Origin: Mobula hypostoma
Taxonomy: Eukaryota
Assembly: GCF_963921235.1 (NCBI RefSeq)
Contig: NC_086107.1
Location: 115,260,001 to 115,324,000, forward strand
Direction of reading: 5' to 3'
Length of the DNA stretch: 64,000 nt
Every line of letters begins with the position of its first letter. Within the stretch, counting starts at the first letter, position 1. Below, one piece after another: positions 23,418-35,419 of the stretch. Made by a program: the position numbers and the translations under genes. A model generated the notes under the pieces. It saw only the letters and a program-made list of their open reading frames with translations. It did not search any database and had not been told where the DNA came from.

Positions 23418-24499
23418 GTGGGTACGGGCTGGCAACTGTACATTTCCCCGCTGAGGGGGAGCAGGAGGGGAGGAGTCAATGTGGGCTTGTCCCTGGAGAG
23501 ATGAGGGGAATCAAGAGCATGAGGGTGGAGAGGGGAGGGATTCAATGGAACAGTACCAGATAACTAGAGATGCCGGAAGGGAGGTGTTCAAAGTGGGTTT
23601 TCTCCTGGAGAAGGAAGGGTGTTGGGAGTGAGGGAGGTGAAGTCAAGATGGGGAGAGAACAAAATGGACTGGTGCCAGAGAGGTGGGGCATGGGGGTGGG
23701 TATGACTTATATGGGACTGTCTACGGAGGTGGGTGTGTCAGGAATTGGAGACGGCAGTGGAGTGGGGGGAGGGATCAGTGTGGGTCTGTGTGGGCTTCAG
23801 GAAGGAGGGACAGAGGAGAGGGTAGGGCTGTCTCCAGAGAGGTGGGTGTGTTAGGAATTGGAAAGGGGGAGTGATCAAAGAGGGTCTGTCCCACAGAGAT
23901 TGGGTTTCAGGAGGGAGGAAGTCAAAGTGGGCCATCCCCAGAAAGATATGCTGTTGGGAGAAGAAGGAAGGGAGCGAGATGGTGGAGGTGTGATGGAAGA
24001 GGGGGGAGGGGACAAAATGGTGGAAGGGCAGGGGGAAGGTGGGGCCTCCTCAGAGAATTGAAAGCACTGGGAGGGAGGGTGAAAGGCAAAGATGAATGTC
24101 CTGTGAAAGGAGGTGGGAGGAGTTTTAGGAGAGGGGGAGGCAGAGGGGTGGTGCTCGTCGAGTGATGGAGAGATGGAAGGTGGGAGAGCAGATGAGTAAC
24201 CAAGGGTTGACTCTGAGTGAACTGGAAAAGTGAGTGGGAGATGAAGAGAAATGAAGATAGGGGTGTAAGGGAAGGAGGGTTGGGGAGAGAGAGTGGGAGA
24301 GAGAATAAATTGGTCTATTATTGGCATATGTATCAAAATACACTGAAAAGCTTGTCTTGCGTACTGCTTATACAGGTCAGGTTATTACACAGTGCATTGA
24401 GTTGGTACAAAGTTAAACAACATCAGAATGCAGAATAAAGAATGGTGGTTAGAGAAAATGCAATGACCATGAAGTACAAGGGCCATGACAAGGTAGATT

Positions 24500-25270
24500 G
24501 TAAGGTCAAGAGTCCATCTTAGCATACTAGGGGAACATTTAATACTGTTTAATAGCAGGGTAAAAGCTATCCTTGAGCTTGGTGGGATGTACTTTCAGGC
24601 TTTTGTATCTTCTGCCTAATGGGAGGGAACAGAATGTCCGAGTCTTTTATTGTGCTGGTGCTTTTCAAAGGCAACAGAAGTGTAGACAGTATCCATGGAG
24701 GGGAGCTGGTTTCTGTGATGTGCTGAGCTCTGTCCATAACTTTCTTTGGTTTTTAGAAAGATGGGAAGAGATGGAATAGTGGGCTAGGGAGTGAAGGATA
24801 AGGATCCAGTCAAACAATGTTCACCCTGACACTAAAGCATGCACAACTGTCCTTGGAATGGTGGGGGGTGGCGCGGAGAGACTCGGTATAGAACCTGCCT
24901 GGCCTGGCAGCAGAGAGTGAGATTTAGTGTTCATGGACTTTTGAAAAACTTGATGATGAAGGGGAAGAGGCTGTTCCTAAAATGCTGAGTGTGGATCTTT
25001 AGGTCCCAATACCACCTCTTTGATGGTAGTAATGCGAAGAGGATATGTCCTGAGTGGTGGAGCTCCTTCACGATAGATACTGCCTTCTTGAGGCAGCGGC
25101 TTTTGAAAATGTCCTTGGGAGGCTCGTGCCCATGATGGGGCTGGCTGAGTCGACAACACTGTTCAGCCTTTTCTGGTCTTGTGCATTGGAGCCTCCATAC
25201 CAGGCAGCGGTGCAACCAGTGAGAATGCTCGCCACCATACTTCTGTATAAGTTTGCGAAAATCTTTCACA
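24500..25270 (-). mobile_element. Rex1/Babar LINE 3' fragments
   Basis: SIVKELHHSGHILFALLPSKRWY..HTQHFRNSLFP. Confidence 0.75.
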
Positions 25271-25872
25271 TAGCATCCTTAGAAACACAATTCATTCAGT
25301 TCTCACTGGAGGAAGTCAACAAGTCAGACAAATATCTATGGAGAGCCAAAAAGTATCAGTGTTTCATAAGAACGTAAGTAGCAGGAGTCGGCCACCTGGC
25401 CCATTGAGACTGCTCTGCTGTTCAGTAGGTTCACGGCTGATTTGGCTGTAGATTCAACTCCACCTACCTGACTTTTAGTCATAAACCTTAATTTCCTGCC
25501 TATGCAAAATTCTTATCCAACTGTGTCTTAAAAATATACAGTACTGTATAAGTCCTGAAGAAGGATCTCTGCCCGAAACACCGACTGCTTGCTCGTTTTA
25601 ATGGACGCTGCCTGACCTGAGTTCCTCTATTGGTCTGGATTTCCAGCATCTGCAGAATTTCTTATCTTAAGTATATTTAATATGGTAGCCTCAACTACTT
25701 CCCTGACAAAGAATTGCACAGATTCACTACTGTGGAAAAAGCAATTTCTTCTGATATCCATCCTAAATCTATTCCTCTGAATCTTTTTGTTGTGTTTCCT
25801 AGTTCTAAGTTAATTTACTAGTGGAAACAGCTTTTCTGCATTTATTTTGTTTATCTTTTTCATAGTTTTATA

Positions 25873-26163
25873 CACTCAGTGGCAACTTTATTAAGCATAC
25901 CTGTACTCCCTGTTAATGCAAATATCTAGTCAGTCAATCTTTTGGCAACGTGTAAAAAAAAATATATGCAGGCATGGTCCAGAGGTTCAGTTGTTATTCA
26001 ACCCAAACATTATAATGGGGAAGAAATGTGATCTAAGTGACTTTGACTGTGGAATGATTGTTGTTGCCAGACAGGATGGTTTGAGTATCTCAGAAACTGC
26101 TGATCTCCTGGGATTTTCATGCACAATGGTCTCCAGAGAACCTAATAGATTGGCCTCTGAGTG
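25873..26163 (+). mobile_element. Internally deleted Tc1-like DNA transposon
   Basis: TA then TIR CACTCAGTGGCAACTTTATTA, and right TIR CCTAATAGATTGGCCTCTGAGTG. Encodes the transposase N-terminus MGKKCDLSDFDCGMIVVARQDGLSISETADLLGFS. Confidence 0.85.
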
Positions 26164-26214
26164 TGTGTGTGTGTTTATAAGATCCCCTGTCATGGTGGCT
26201 GCAGAACAGAAGGA

Positions 26215-26845
26215 CATCAGAGTACAACAAGTACATAGTTACATGAAGATAGTATAACAGGTAGACAGGGTGGTGAACAAGGTGTTTGGCGCACTGGGTA
26301 CAGGAGAATGTTATGTTGCAGTTGTATAAGATGTTAGTGAGGCCGCAGTTGGACTATTGTGTTCTGATTTGGTCACCCTGCTGTAGGAGCGATGCTATGA
26401 AGATGGAAAAAGTGCAGAGGAGACTTAAGAGGATGATGTCGGGACTCAGGTCTGAGTTATGGAGAATGGTTGGGTCTTTAAACCTCGGAGAGTAGGAGAC
26501 TGAGGGGTAACTGTACAGAGGTATAAAAAAACGATGAGCAGCACAGTTAGGGTGAATGCACACAATCTTTTTTCCTCAGGGTTGGGGATCAAGAATCAGA
26601 AGGAACAGGTTTAATGTCAGAGAGGATCAAGGTCAGTGGGGATCTGAGGGGCAATTTTCAGCTGGAGCGTGATTTGTATATGGAACGAGCTACGAGAAGA
26701 AGTGGTTGAAGCAGGTACATTTAAAAGACTAATGTGGGTACGTACATGGTAAAGGTTTAGAGGGAATTGGGCCAAAGAAAGGCAACTGGATCTGGTTCAG
26801 ATGTGAATCTTGGCAAACACAGACCGACTGGGTTGAAAGACCTGT
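26215..26845 (+). mobile_element. CR1 3' fragment
   Basis: VMLQLYKMLVRPQLDYCVLIWSP plus a CR1 3' UTR. Confidence 0.8.
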
Positions 26846-26944
26846 TTCCCTGCTGTCTGATGCCATCTCGTCTTAAAAATTTTTTTCCCTAATCCCGGCT
26901 GTATGTTTTCCTTGTTTCTTCATAACCTCCAACTTTATGCTCAG

Positions 26945-27036
26945 TCCAATGGCTGGGACGCCAACGAGATGTTCCGCTTCAATGAGGAGACGTATGGTGT
27001 GAAGACAACTTACGATAGCAGCCTCTCCTCCTACAC
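26945..27036 (+). CDS. ATXN2L: ATXN2L exon 7 (SNGWDANEMFRFNEETYGVKTTYDSSLSSYT), LSmAD
   Basis: ctcag| and |gtgagt; 92 nt. Confidence 0.97.
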
Positions 27037-27108
27037 GTGAGTATTCAAGTCTTGGTGGGCCTGTCACCATGAGGTTTCACATGAGTTTGAGTACTCCCAG
27101 AATGCTGT

Positions 27109-27271
27109 GGCTCAGACACAGTGCATCTCCCTCTGCACCATCATATCACACACTCGTGGCGTCAGACATAGAATGAAGGTACCTCCACACCATCCCATTG
27201 CACACTCCAGGGTCAGACATAGAGTGAGGCTCTCTTGCACTGTCCAATCGCACACTCCCGAGGTCAGACAC
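27109..27271 (-). repeat. About 3 degenerate copies of the 52-bp satellite, inverted relative to intron 22
   Basis: gtcagacatagagtgagg..cacaccatcccattgcacactcc is the reverse complement of the intron-22 unit. Confidence 0.8.
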
Positions 27272-27333
27272 CATTTCCCGTCACCCACAGTGATGTCCGC
27301 TCCCATGGACTAACTCTTCCTCTGGGTCCTCAG

Positions 27334-27534
27334 GACGCCCCTGGAGAAGGACAACTCAGCTGAGTTCCGGCAACGAGAGGCCAGAGCCACCCAGCTGGCC
27401 AAAGAGATCGAATCCAGTCCCCAGTATCGGGTGCGTGTCTCGATGGAGAATGACGATGGGCGCACGGAGGAGGAGAAGTTCAGCGCTGTGCAGAGACCTT
27501 CGCCTGATCGTGACAGCCCCAGCTTGAACTCCAG
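27334..27534 (+). CDS. ATXN2L: ATXN2L exon 8 (TPLEKDNSAEFRQRE..ENDDGRTEEEKFSAVQR..), LSmAD
   Basis: Canonical sites; 201 nt. Confidence 0.97.
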
Positions 27535-27848
27535 GTAGGGAAGGTTACAAGGTTGTATCTTGTCCTTGCCATCTGTGTGTGTGTGGACACATGCGCACGC
27601 AGCTCTCATTTTTCCTTTTTGGCTCACTGCCTTCTTGTTTCTCAGTTTCTCTATCGGCTTGTCTTTCACACTCTGTCTGTCTCTTGTCTTTCCCCTCTCC
27701 CCCTCTGCCTGCATCTCTATCTCTGCGAATGTACCTCTTTCTGTCTGTACCGCCTTCGCCCCCTCTACCTGTCTCCCTCTGGTCTGGCTGCTGACAGCCA
27801 ACCTTCTGTGGCCCAATCTAACACTGAGGCTGTGTCTCTTCTCTGCAG

Positions 27849-28024
27849 GGACAGTAAGTACATCCCCCTCCCCCAGCGAAGCAGGGAAGGCAGCACCAGG
27901 GGAGGAGGCCTAAGGTCCAGCATGCCCCGGGGCGGACGAGTGGGCTCCCTCCCCCCACGGGGGGGAATCCATCACCCTGACTCTAGCTGCAGCCCATCGC
28001 CGGACCAGCGAGTGATTAACGGAG
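27849..28024 (+). CDS. ATXN2L: ATXN2L exon 9 (DSKYIPLPQR..RGG..VING)
   Basis: ctgcag| and |gtaagt; 176 nt. Confidence 0.96.
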
Positions 28025-28156
28025 GTAAGTCACTCCCAGTTACCCCTTTCCCAATGTCTATTCCTTTGTGACCTAACTCCTTCACTATTCCTTTGTAGTC
28101 TCTTTCCCCCAACTCCCTTGCCTCACTAATCTCTCTTCCCAGGTGTTTTCCTCAGT

Positions 28157-28384
28157 AACACACATCAAAGTTACTGGTGAACGCAGCAGGCCAGGCAGCA
28201 TCTCTAGGAGGAAGTACAGTCGATGTTTCAGGCCGAGACCCTTCATCAGTCCTGACGAAGGGTGTCGGCCTGAAACGTGGACTGTACCTCTTCCTAGAGA
28301 TGCTGCCTGGCCTGCTGCGTTCACCAGCAACTTTGATGTGTGTTGCTTGAATTTCCAGCATCTGCAGAATTCCTGTTGTTTGTG
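28157..28384. mobile_element. Palindromic PLE-terminus insertion with TSD
   Basis: 93-bp inverted arms (28157-28249 and 28252-28344) with a 2-nt spacer; TTCCTCAGTAAC repeated at 28148-28159 and 28385-28396. Confidence 0.9.
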
Positions 28385-28736
28385 TTCCTCAGTAACCCTT
28401 CTTCCCCAGCACCCTCAGATACTGACCATCCCCATCAACGTTAATCCAACTCCCTCACTCCGTCCTGTAGTGACCCCTCTCCCTCCGCATCCTATGTGGC
28501 TGATTGTATCCTCACTCACACCATACCTCAGTAACCCCACTCCTCCAGCATCCTGTATCATTAACTGTATCCCCACCAATGTAATCTAGCTCCCTCACAC
28601 CGTCCCTTAGTGACCCCTCTCCCAAGCGCCCTGTGTCACTAACTGTATCTGTATTGATGTTATTCCTGTTCCCTCACACTTTTCCTCATCACTCTGCATC
28701 TCTCCCTCTCCTGGCTGCTTTCTTTCCTTGCTGCAG

Positions 28737-28844
28737 GGCCTTCCCGAATGTCGCCCAAGGCTCAGAGACCCACCCGTGGTGGCAAGCCCCTAATGGGAAG
28801 GGGGGGATCTGCTTCCGACAGCTCTCCACACTCTCAAGCCTCGG
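28737..28844 (+). CDS. ATXN2L: ATXN2L exon 10 (GPSRMSPKAQRP..)
   Basis: Canonical sites; 108 nt. Confidence 0.95.
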
Positions 28845-30387
28845 GTGAGTAGGCCTGATATTCACCTACAGTTATAACTTTGTCTCGGTACAGTTCCGGC
28901 TGGTTGTTGCTCTTCCCTCCCACACTCCTCCACCTGTCTTTGCATCATTTATGCCTCATGCACTTCATTATGTTATGTGTAAGTACTACTACACGATAGT
29001 GATGGAGGCAGGTTACCTTGTTCTTCTTGGGCACCGGTATAATTGAAGCCCGCTTGAAGTGAAATGTTAAAGATATCAGTGAATACTCCAGCCTGTTGAA
29101 TAGCACACAGGTGTTCAGTACACTGCCAGATATCCCATCTGGGCCAGATGCTTTCCTTGGCACCCTCCTGAAGGATGCTCTCATATCTGCCTTGGAAACT
29201 GAAATCACAGGGTCATCGGAGGCTATAGACGTTCATAAAGGTATCTCCATGTTTTGTCGGTCAAAGTGAGCAGAAAAGGCATTGAACTCGTCTGTGAGTG
29301 AAACTTGCCATATATGTTGCGCAGGTTTGTTTTTGTAGGCGGTGATAGCATTAAAGCCCTGCTATAGTTTTCAACCATCCTTCTGTAATTTTAAGTTTGA
29401 TCTGGAATTGCCACATCTCATGTGAAATGGCTTTCCAGAGGTCATACCTGGACCACCAGTATTTTACTTGGTCACCAGACCTATATGCTACTGAACTTGC
29501 CCTCAGCATATTGTGGATCGCTTGGTTCATCCAGGGTTTCTAGCTGGGGAAGACCGAATGATTTTCTGGTGATACACTTGTCCACTACTGTTTAAAAGCC
29601 CATCCCATGACAAACATGGCATATTCGTTCAGGTCCTCTGAGCCCTTGAACGTGGCCCAGTCCACCAATTTGAAGCAATCTTATAGCTGCTCGTCTGCGT
29701 CCCGTGACCACCTCTTTGTTACCTTTACCTCTGGAGCCTTGGGTTTTAGTCTTTGCCTGTATGCAGGTAGGAGGAGGACTGCCAGATGATCAGACTTGTC
29801 AAAATACAGTCTAGGGATTGAACAGTAGGCATTCTTAATCATAATATAACAATGGTTGAGTATGTTGGGACTCTTGGTTCTGCAGGTGATATATTGATGA
29901 TAATTACAGAGGTTTCTTCAAGCAAGTCTCATTGAAGTCCTCAGCAATGCTTTGAAAGGCGTCAGGATAGACTGCTTCTTGTTTGCTAATCGTGGCACTG
30001 AATCCTAGAGTGCTTGTTCAGCATTTGCCTTTGGCATTTATAAGCTGTGGTCAGGACCATGGTGAAGAACTCTTTCCTTAAGTAAAACAGATGGCACTTT
30101 ATCATTAGATGCTCCTAGTTGGGAGAACAAGAGTGAGACAAGGTTGCTACGTTCCAGCATGAGGATTTTTTATTTTTATATATATATATTAGCATGAGGA
30201 CTTTATCATGAAACACACAGACCACAGGGTGCCATGATAGTGTAGTGCAGTGGAGTGGTCCCCAACCACCGGGCCGCAAAGCTTGTGCTACCGGGTTGCA
30301 AGGAAACGATATGATTTGGCGATATGAAACGAAATGAGTCAGCTGCACCTTTCCTCATTCCCTGTCACGCACTGTTGAACTTGAACA

Positions 30388-30820
30388 TAGGGTTGCCAAC
30401 TGTCCCGTATTAGCTGGGACATCCCGTATATGGGGCTAAGTTGGTTTGTCCCATACGGAACCGCCCTTGTCCTGGATTCCCCCTGCTAAGATAGAGCTGA
30501 AATGGCGTAAACCAAAGAAGCAGTTACCATTAATTTATATGGGAAAAATTTTTGAGCGTTCCCAGACACAAAACATTACCTACCAAATCATACCAAATAA
30601 CACACTAAACCGAAAATAACACTAACATATAGTAAAAGCAGGAAGATTAAACCAAAACCGATTTGTAGAAAAAAAAAAGTCGGCACGTACATGCATGCGC
30701 ACACTGGTGCCCGCGCAAGGCTTCATGGTCATGGTAGTCTTTCTTGGGGTAAACACAAGTATCCCGTATTTGACTGCTACTTTTGTCCCTTATTTGGGAG
30801 TGAGAAAGTTGGCAACCCTA
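30388..30820. mobile_element. hAT-type MITE with 14-bp TIRs and 8-bp TSD, containing a Tigger-end fragment
   Basis: TIRs TAGGGTTGCCAACT and AGTTGGCAACCCTA; flanks CTTGAACA and CTTGAGCA. Internal 30477-30645 is homologous to 32007-32203. Confidence 0.8.
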
Positions 30821-30829
30821 CTTGAGCAA

Positions 30830-30988
30830 CCCTCCGGGTGCTCCGGTTCCTTCCACAATCCAAAGACATACTGGTTAGTAAATTAATTGGTCATTGTAAA
30901 TTGTCCTGTGATTAGGCTAGAGTTAAATTGGTGGGTTGCTGGTGGTGTGGCTCAAGGGTATTCCATGCTGTATCTCTAAATAAAATAA
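30830..30988 (+). mobile_element. 3' part of a V-SINE-like SINE (head remnant at about 30227-30250)
   Basis: ccgggtgctccggtt..tccaaagac..taattggtcattgtaaattgtcc core and a TAAA-rich tail. Confidence 0.65.
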
Positions 30989-32001
30989 CCTCCCCATCTC
31001 TTCCCCTCTTTGAATCAGCATTTTTGTCCATCCGGTGGATTGAGAAGGCCTCTGGTTTGTCTGCTGCGTCCAGCTTGTCTGGAGGGATCCATGTCTCCAT
31101 GAAACAATGCAGCAATCCTTCATTTCCCTTCGATACAGCAATCTTGCCCTAGGGTCTTGTTCTCCAGTAACTATGCATTTGCTAACAAGATACTCGGAAG
31201 AGGAAGGTTTACAGCCCGCCGTTTTAGTCTGGCTTGAAAGACCTTCCTTCCTTTCTCTCTCCTGGCCTTGGCAATAACCTTTTATCCACTCAAAGATGCC
31301 ATACCTGCAATCCTGAGAGTTGATTCTGCCAGTTAGTTGCATGATTGTAAGATTGCAGGTTCGTTCATCCAGATTAAAAGTATGTTACTTATAGGTTGAT
31401 TATAGGCTGCAAATTGCAGTGATAGTAGTTGAGAAGTATATCTTGAAGTCTCTGAGCTGTCCGCAAAACTTCGTTTATTGCCAGTACATCATTTAATAGA
31501 CGTAGATGAAAGAACACGTGGATGAAAGAAAAATGGAGCGTTATGTGGGAGGGAAGGGTTAGTTTGATCTTGGAGCAGGTTAAAAAGGTCAGTACAATGG
31601 GTTCTATGTGTAATGAAATGTGTGAAGTTACCATTACTAGATGAAAGGTTGTTAGGGAACTGAAAGGTCTGAAGGTAGATGTCACCTGGTCCAGATGGTG
31701 TACACCCCAGGGTTCTGAAAGAATCACTAGGTTCTGGAATTGATTTGGAAGACTGGAAAATTGCAAATGTCACTATAGTCTTCAAGAATGGAGAGAGCAG
31801 AAGAAAGGAAACTGTAGTCTGACCTCATTGGTTGGAGGTGATTGTTAAGGGTGAGGTTTCAGAGTACTTGGAGGCACATGATAAAATAGACGGTCTTCAT
31901 CATAGTTCCTTCAAGGGAAAATCTTGCCTGACAAATATGTTGGAATACTTTGAAGGTATAATAAGCAGGGTTGGCAAAGGAGAATCTGTTGATTCTATGT
32001 A

Positions 32002-33304
32002 CAGGTTTCCCCCGCTATCCGAAGGTAGAGCGTTCCTATGAAATGGTTCGTAAGCCGGAATGTCGTAAAGTGAAGAAGCAATCACCATTTATTAATATGG
32101 GAAAAATTTTTGAGCGTTTCCAGACCCAAAAAATAACCTACAAAATCATGCTAAATAACACACAAAACCTAAAATAACAGTAACATATAGTAAAAGCAGG
32201 AATGATATGATAAATACATAGCCTATATAAAGTAGAAATACTTTCTTGCAGCACTGTCTAGCGCAGGGAAAATGTCGCGGAAGCGCTCTCGGCAGAAACA
32301 CTCTCTCCAGTAACCTTTAAGCTATGAAGCTGCCAAATCATACCAAATAACACATAAAAATACACAGCCTATATAAAGTAGAAATAATGTGTGTACAGTG
32401 TAGTTTCACTTACCGGAATCGGGAAGACTCCAATAAATTGCAGTTTTGTCACAGTTAAACACTTGCTTATACGAATAACCACCTGATGCAATCAGCAATC
32501 GCCTCTGATCTGGGCTGACATTTATGTGCTGGGTGGCACCTAATTAATTAGCTTGTTTATTTCGCCTTTTTTCTTAAAGATGTGCTGTGTGCGTCCCGAC
32601 TACCGCTGCGTTCTTCGCGGAGGTTGGGGACCACTGCTTAAACTATGAAGCTGCCCTCGCCACAGAACCCGATCAAACCACTCATGACTACCTTTAAATT
32701 CCACTTTCGCAACACTTTCATCACCATCGTCCAGAGCTTTCTGTTTCAGCTTATTAAAAAGACTGGCTGATTTCTCCTTAAGTATAAGAATACTTAACAG
32801 AACACCACGCTTTGTACACCCATCAATCCACTCAAGCAATAGACTTACCATTTTATCCATTATTAGACGCCGACTAAGAGAGACCACTTTGCTACGAGCA
32901 GAACCAACAGTAACATCGGCAGCTTTCAAAATTCTTTCTGTGTATAAATAGTGTGAATGGTGGACGCAGGCAAGTTCAACACACAGACAATGTCCTTACT
33001 TCGTTCACCACAATCAAAACGCTTAATTCTGTCTAGTTTTATGCTAAGTGTAACACCCTTACGAGCTCTTTTAGACTTTTCCGATACCTTAGAACTCATC
33101 TTGTTACAGGATGCACAAAATAAATCGAGACAAAGCACGTATTTAAGCAATGGCAGCTAAAATGCAGTTCCGAGGGAGGAGCTTGGCTGTTTGGGTGTGC
33201 GCTGCCTTTTTTCGTAACAGTGAAAACACCTTCTGTTAGTGAAAACAGGTAACTAATGTAGGTCTTTCGTAACAGTGAGGTCGTAAAGCGAATGTTCAGA
33301 AAAC
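32002..33304 (-). mobile_element. Tigger/pogo DNA transposon remnant inserted at a TA in a CR1 fragment (about 31600-33420)
   Basis: TA followed by CAGGTTTCCCCCGCTATCC. ORFs 32926..33150 and 32600..32929 encode CENP-B-type HTH domains (RKGVTLSIKL..LPASTI..LLEWID..EFKGSHEWFDR). The host CR1 YLDFQK motif is split around it and the right TIR is missing. Confidence 0.8.
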
Positions 33305-33419
33305 TTGGATTTTCAGAAGGTCTTTGACAGGGTGCTTAATAAGCTATGAGCCTATGGTATTGCACAAAAGTTTCTAGATGGATAAAGAAGTGGCTGATTG
33401 AGAGAAGGCAAAGAATAGA

Positions 33420-34610
33420 AGGTGTTGTTCCTCCATTCTGAGTATGGCTTCATCTTGACAGTAGAGGAGGCCGTGGATAGACATCAGAATGGGAATGGGA
33501 TGTGGAAATAAAATGTGTGGCCACTGGGAGATCCTGCTTTCTGTGGCGGACAGAGCGTAGGTGTTCAGCAAAACGGTCTCCCAGCCTGCGTTGGGTCTCA
33601 CCAATATATAGAAGGCCGCATTGGGAACACTGGACGCAATATATTATCCCAGCCGACTCACAGGTTAAGTGTCGCCTCACCTGGAAGGACTGTCTGGGGC
33701 CCTGAATGGTGGTGAGGGAGAAAGTGTAAGGGCATGTGTAGCACTTGTTCCGCTTACAAGGATAAGTGCCAGGAGGGAGATCAGTGGGGAGGGATGGGGG
33801 GGGGGACGAACGGACAAGGGAGTCGCGTAGGGAGCGATCCCTGCAGAAAGGGAGGTGGGGGGAGGAAGGAAAGATGTGTTTAGTGGTGGGATCCTGTTGG
33901 AGATGGCGGAAGTTACGGAGAATTATATGTTGGACCTGGAGGCTGGTGGGCTGGTAGGTGAGGACAAGGGGAACCCTAGTCCTAGTGGGGTAGTGGGAGG
34001 ATGGGGTGAGAGCAGATGTGCGTGAAGTGGGAGAGATGCGTTTGAGAGCAGAGTTGATGGTGGAGGAAGGGAAGCCTCTTTCTTTAAAAAAGGACATCTC
34101 CTTCGTCCTGGAATGAAAAGCCTCATCCTGAGAGCAGATTTTTAAATGGAAGTTAGAGAAGTCAATGTTCATGCCATCAGGTTGAAGGCTACCCAGTCAT
34201 ACCCCATCCGTTATTTATTTATTATTATTTTTTCTTTTTTCTCTCCTTTTTCTCCCTCTGTCCCTCTCACTATACTCCTTGCCCATCCTCTGGGCTCCCC
34301 CCCCCCCGGCCTTTCTTTCTCCCTAGGTCTCCCGTCCCGTGACCCTCTCATATCCCTTTTGCCAATCAACTTTCCAGCTCTTGGCTCCATCCCTCCCCCT
34401 TCTGTCTTCTCCTATCGTTTCAGATCTCCCCCTCCCCCCCACTTTCAAATCTCTTGCTATCTCTTCTTTTAGTTAGTCCTGACGAAGGGTCTCAGCCCGA
34501 AACGTTGACTGTACCTCTTTCTGTTGATGCTGCTTGGCCTGCTGTGTTCACCAGCAATTTTTATGTGTGTTGCTTAAAATTCCAGCATCTGCAGATTTAC
34601 TCGTGTTTGC
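33420..34610. mobile_element. Penelope-like element: GIY-YIG ORF remnant (minus) with inverted pLTR (plus)
   Basis: ORF 33450..34172 has CKRNKCYTC..TCESAGIIYCVQCSQCGLLYIGETQRRLGDRFAEH..VATHF. The plus-strand terminus 34200-34610 carries a hammerhead. Confidence 0.9.
34475..34510 (+). ncRNA. Minimal type I hammerhead ribozyme motif (PLE-derived)
   Basis: AGUC-CUGACGA-A-GGGU(CUCA)GCCC-GAAAC-GUU^-GACU: intact core, stems I and II, and palindromic ACGU stem III. Activity untested. Confidence 0.75.
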
Positions 34611-35099
34611 ATATTTAAGATGGAGTTTGATAGGTTCTTGATTAATCAGGGTATCAGAGATTACAGGGAGAAGGTAGGAAAATGGGGTTGAACAGGATAA
34701 TCAATCAGCCATGATGGAATTGCAGGGCAGATTTGATGGACTAAATAGCCTAATCCTGTTCCTATGTCCTTTTGTATAAAAACATGAGGGGTGCATTTAG
34801 GGTGAATGTGCACAGTCTTTTTTAGCCCATGAATAGGGAATCAGGAACCAGGCGTCATAAGATTTAAGGTGAAGGCAGAGATTTAATAGGGACTTGAGGG
34901 GCAGCTTTTTCACCCAGAAGGTGGTCCGTATGTGGAATGAGCTGCCACAGGAAGTGATTAAAGCTGGTACATTAGACAATGTTTTAAAAAAAAATGTTTG
35001 AATGGTTATGTGATTAGGAGGAACGTGGGCCAAGTGTGTGCAGTTGGGAATCTGAGTTAGCACAGACTCTTCTGGGCAAAGGGCCTGTTTCCTTGTTGT

Positions 35100-35393
35100 A
35101 TTTTATTTTATTTAGAGGTACAACATGGAACAGGTCCTTCTGGCCCAACAAACTGCACAGTCCAGCATCCCACATATTTTAACCGTAGCCAAATCACAGG
35201 ACCATTTACAATGTCTATTTAACCTATTAACTGGTATGGTCTTTGGACTGTGGGAGAAAACCAAGCACAAGGAGGAAATCCATGTGACTCATGGGAAGAA
35301 TGTATATACTCATAGAGGACACCGGAATTGAACTCTGAACTCCTATGCCCTGAGTTGTAATAGTGCTGCGTTAATCGCTATGCTACTGTGGCC
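35100..35393 (-). mobile_element. tRNA-derived V-SINE-like SINE
   Basis: Minus-strand head with A box (tagcatagcg) and B box (gttcaattcc), V-core and (TAAA)n tail. Confidence 0.75.
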
Positions 35394-35419
35394 CACGTGA
35401 AAACCTACATCATGACATT

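Larger units (their letters stand above)
28945..31345 (-). mobile_element. Decayed Rex1/Babar LINE (APE + RT N-terminus), interrupted at about 30190-30990
   Basis: KASGPDGISG, IIPVPKKNKVTCL and CFMETW..FSIHRMD. Confidence 0.8.

Noticed and set aside
33450..34172. Host GIY-YIG nuclease gene
   Set aside because: Rearranged PLE fragment: its apparent start (MNIDFSNF) is the normal PLE C-terminus fused upstream, and the end is frameshifted.
35310..35393. tRNA gene
   Set aside because: The A/B boxes belong to a SINE head; no complete cloverleaf.
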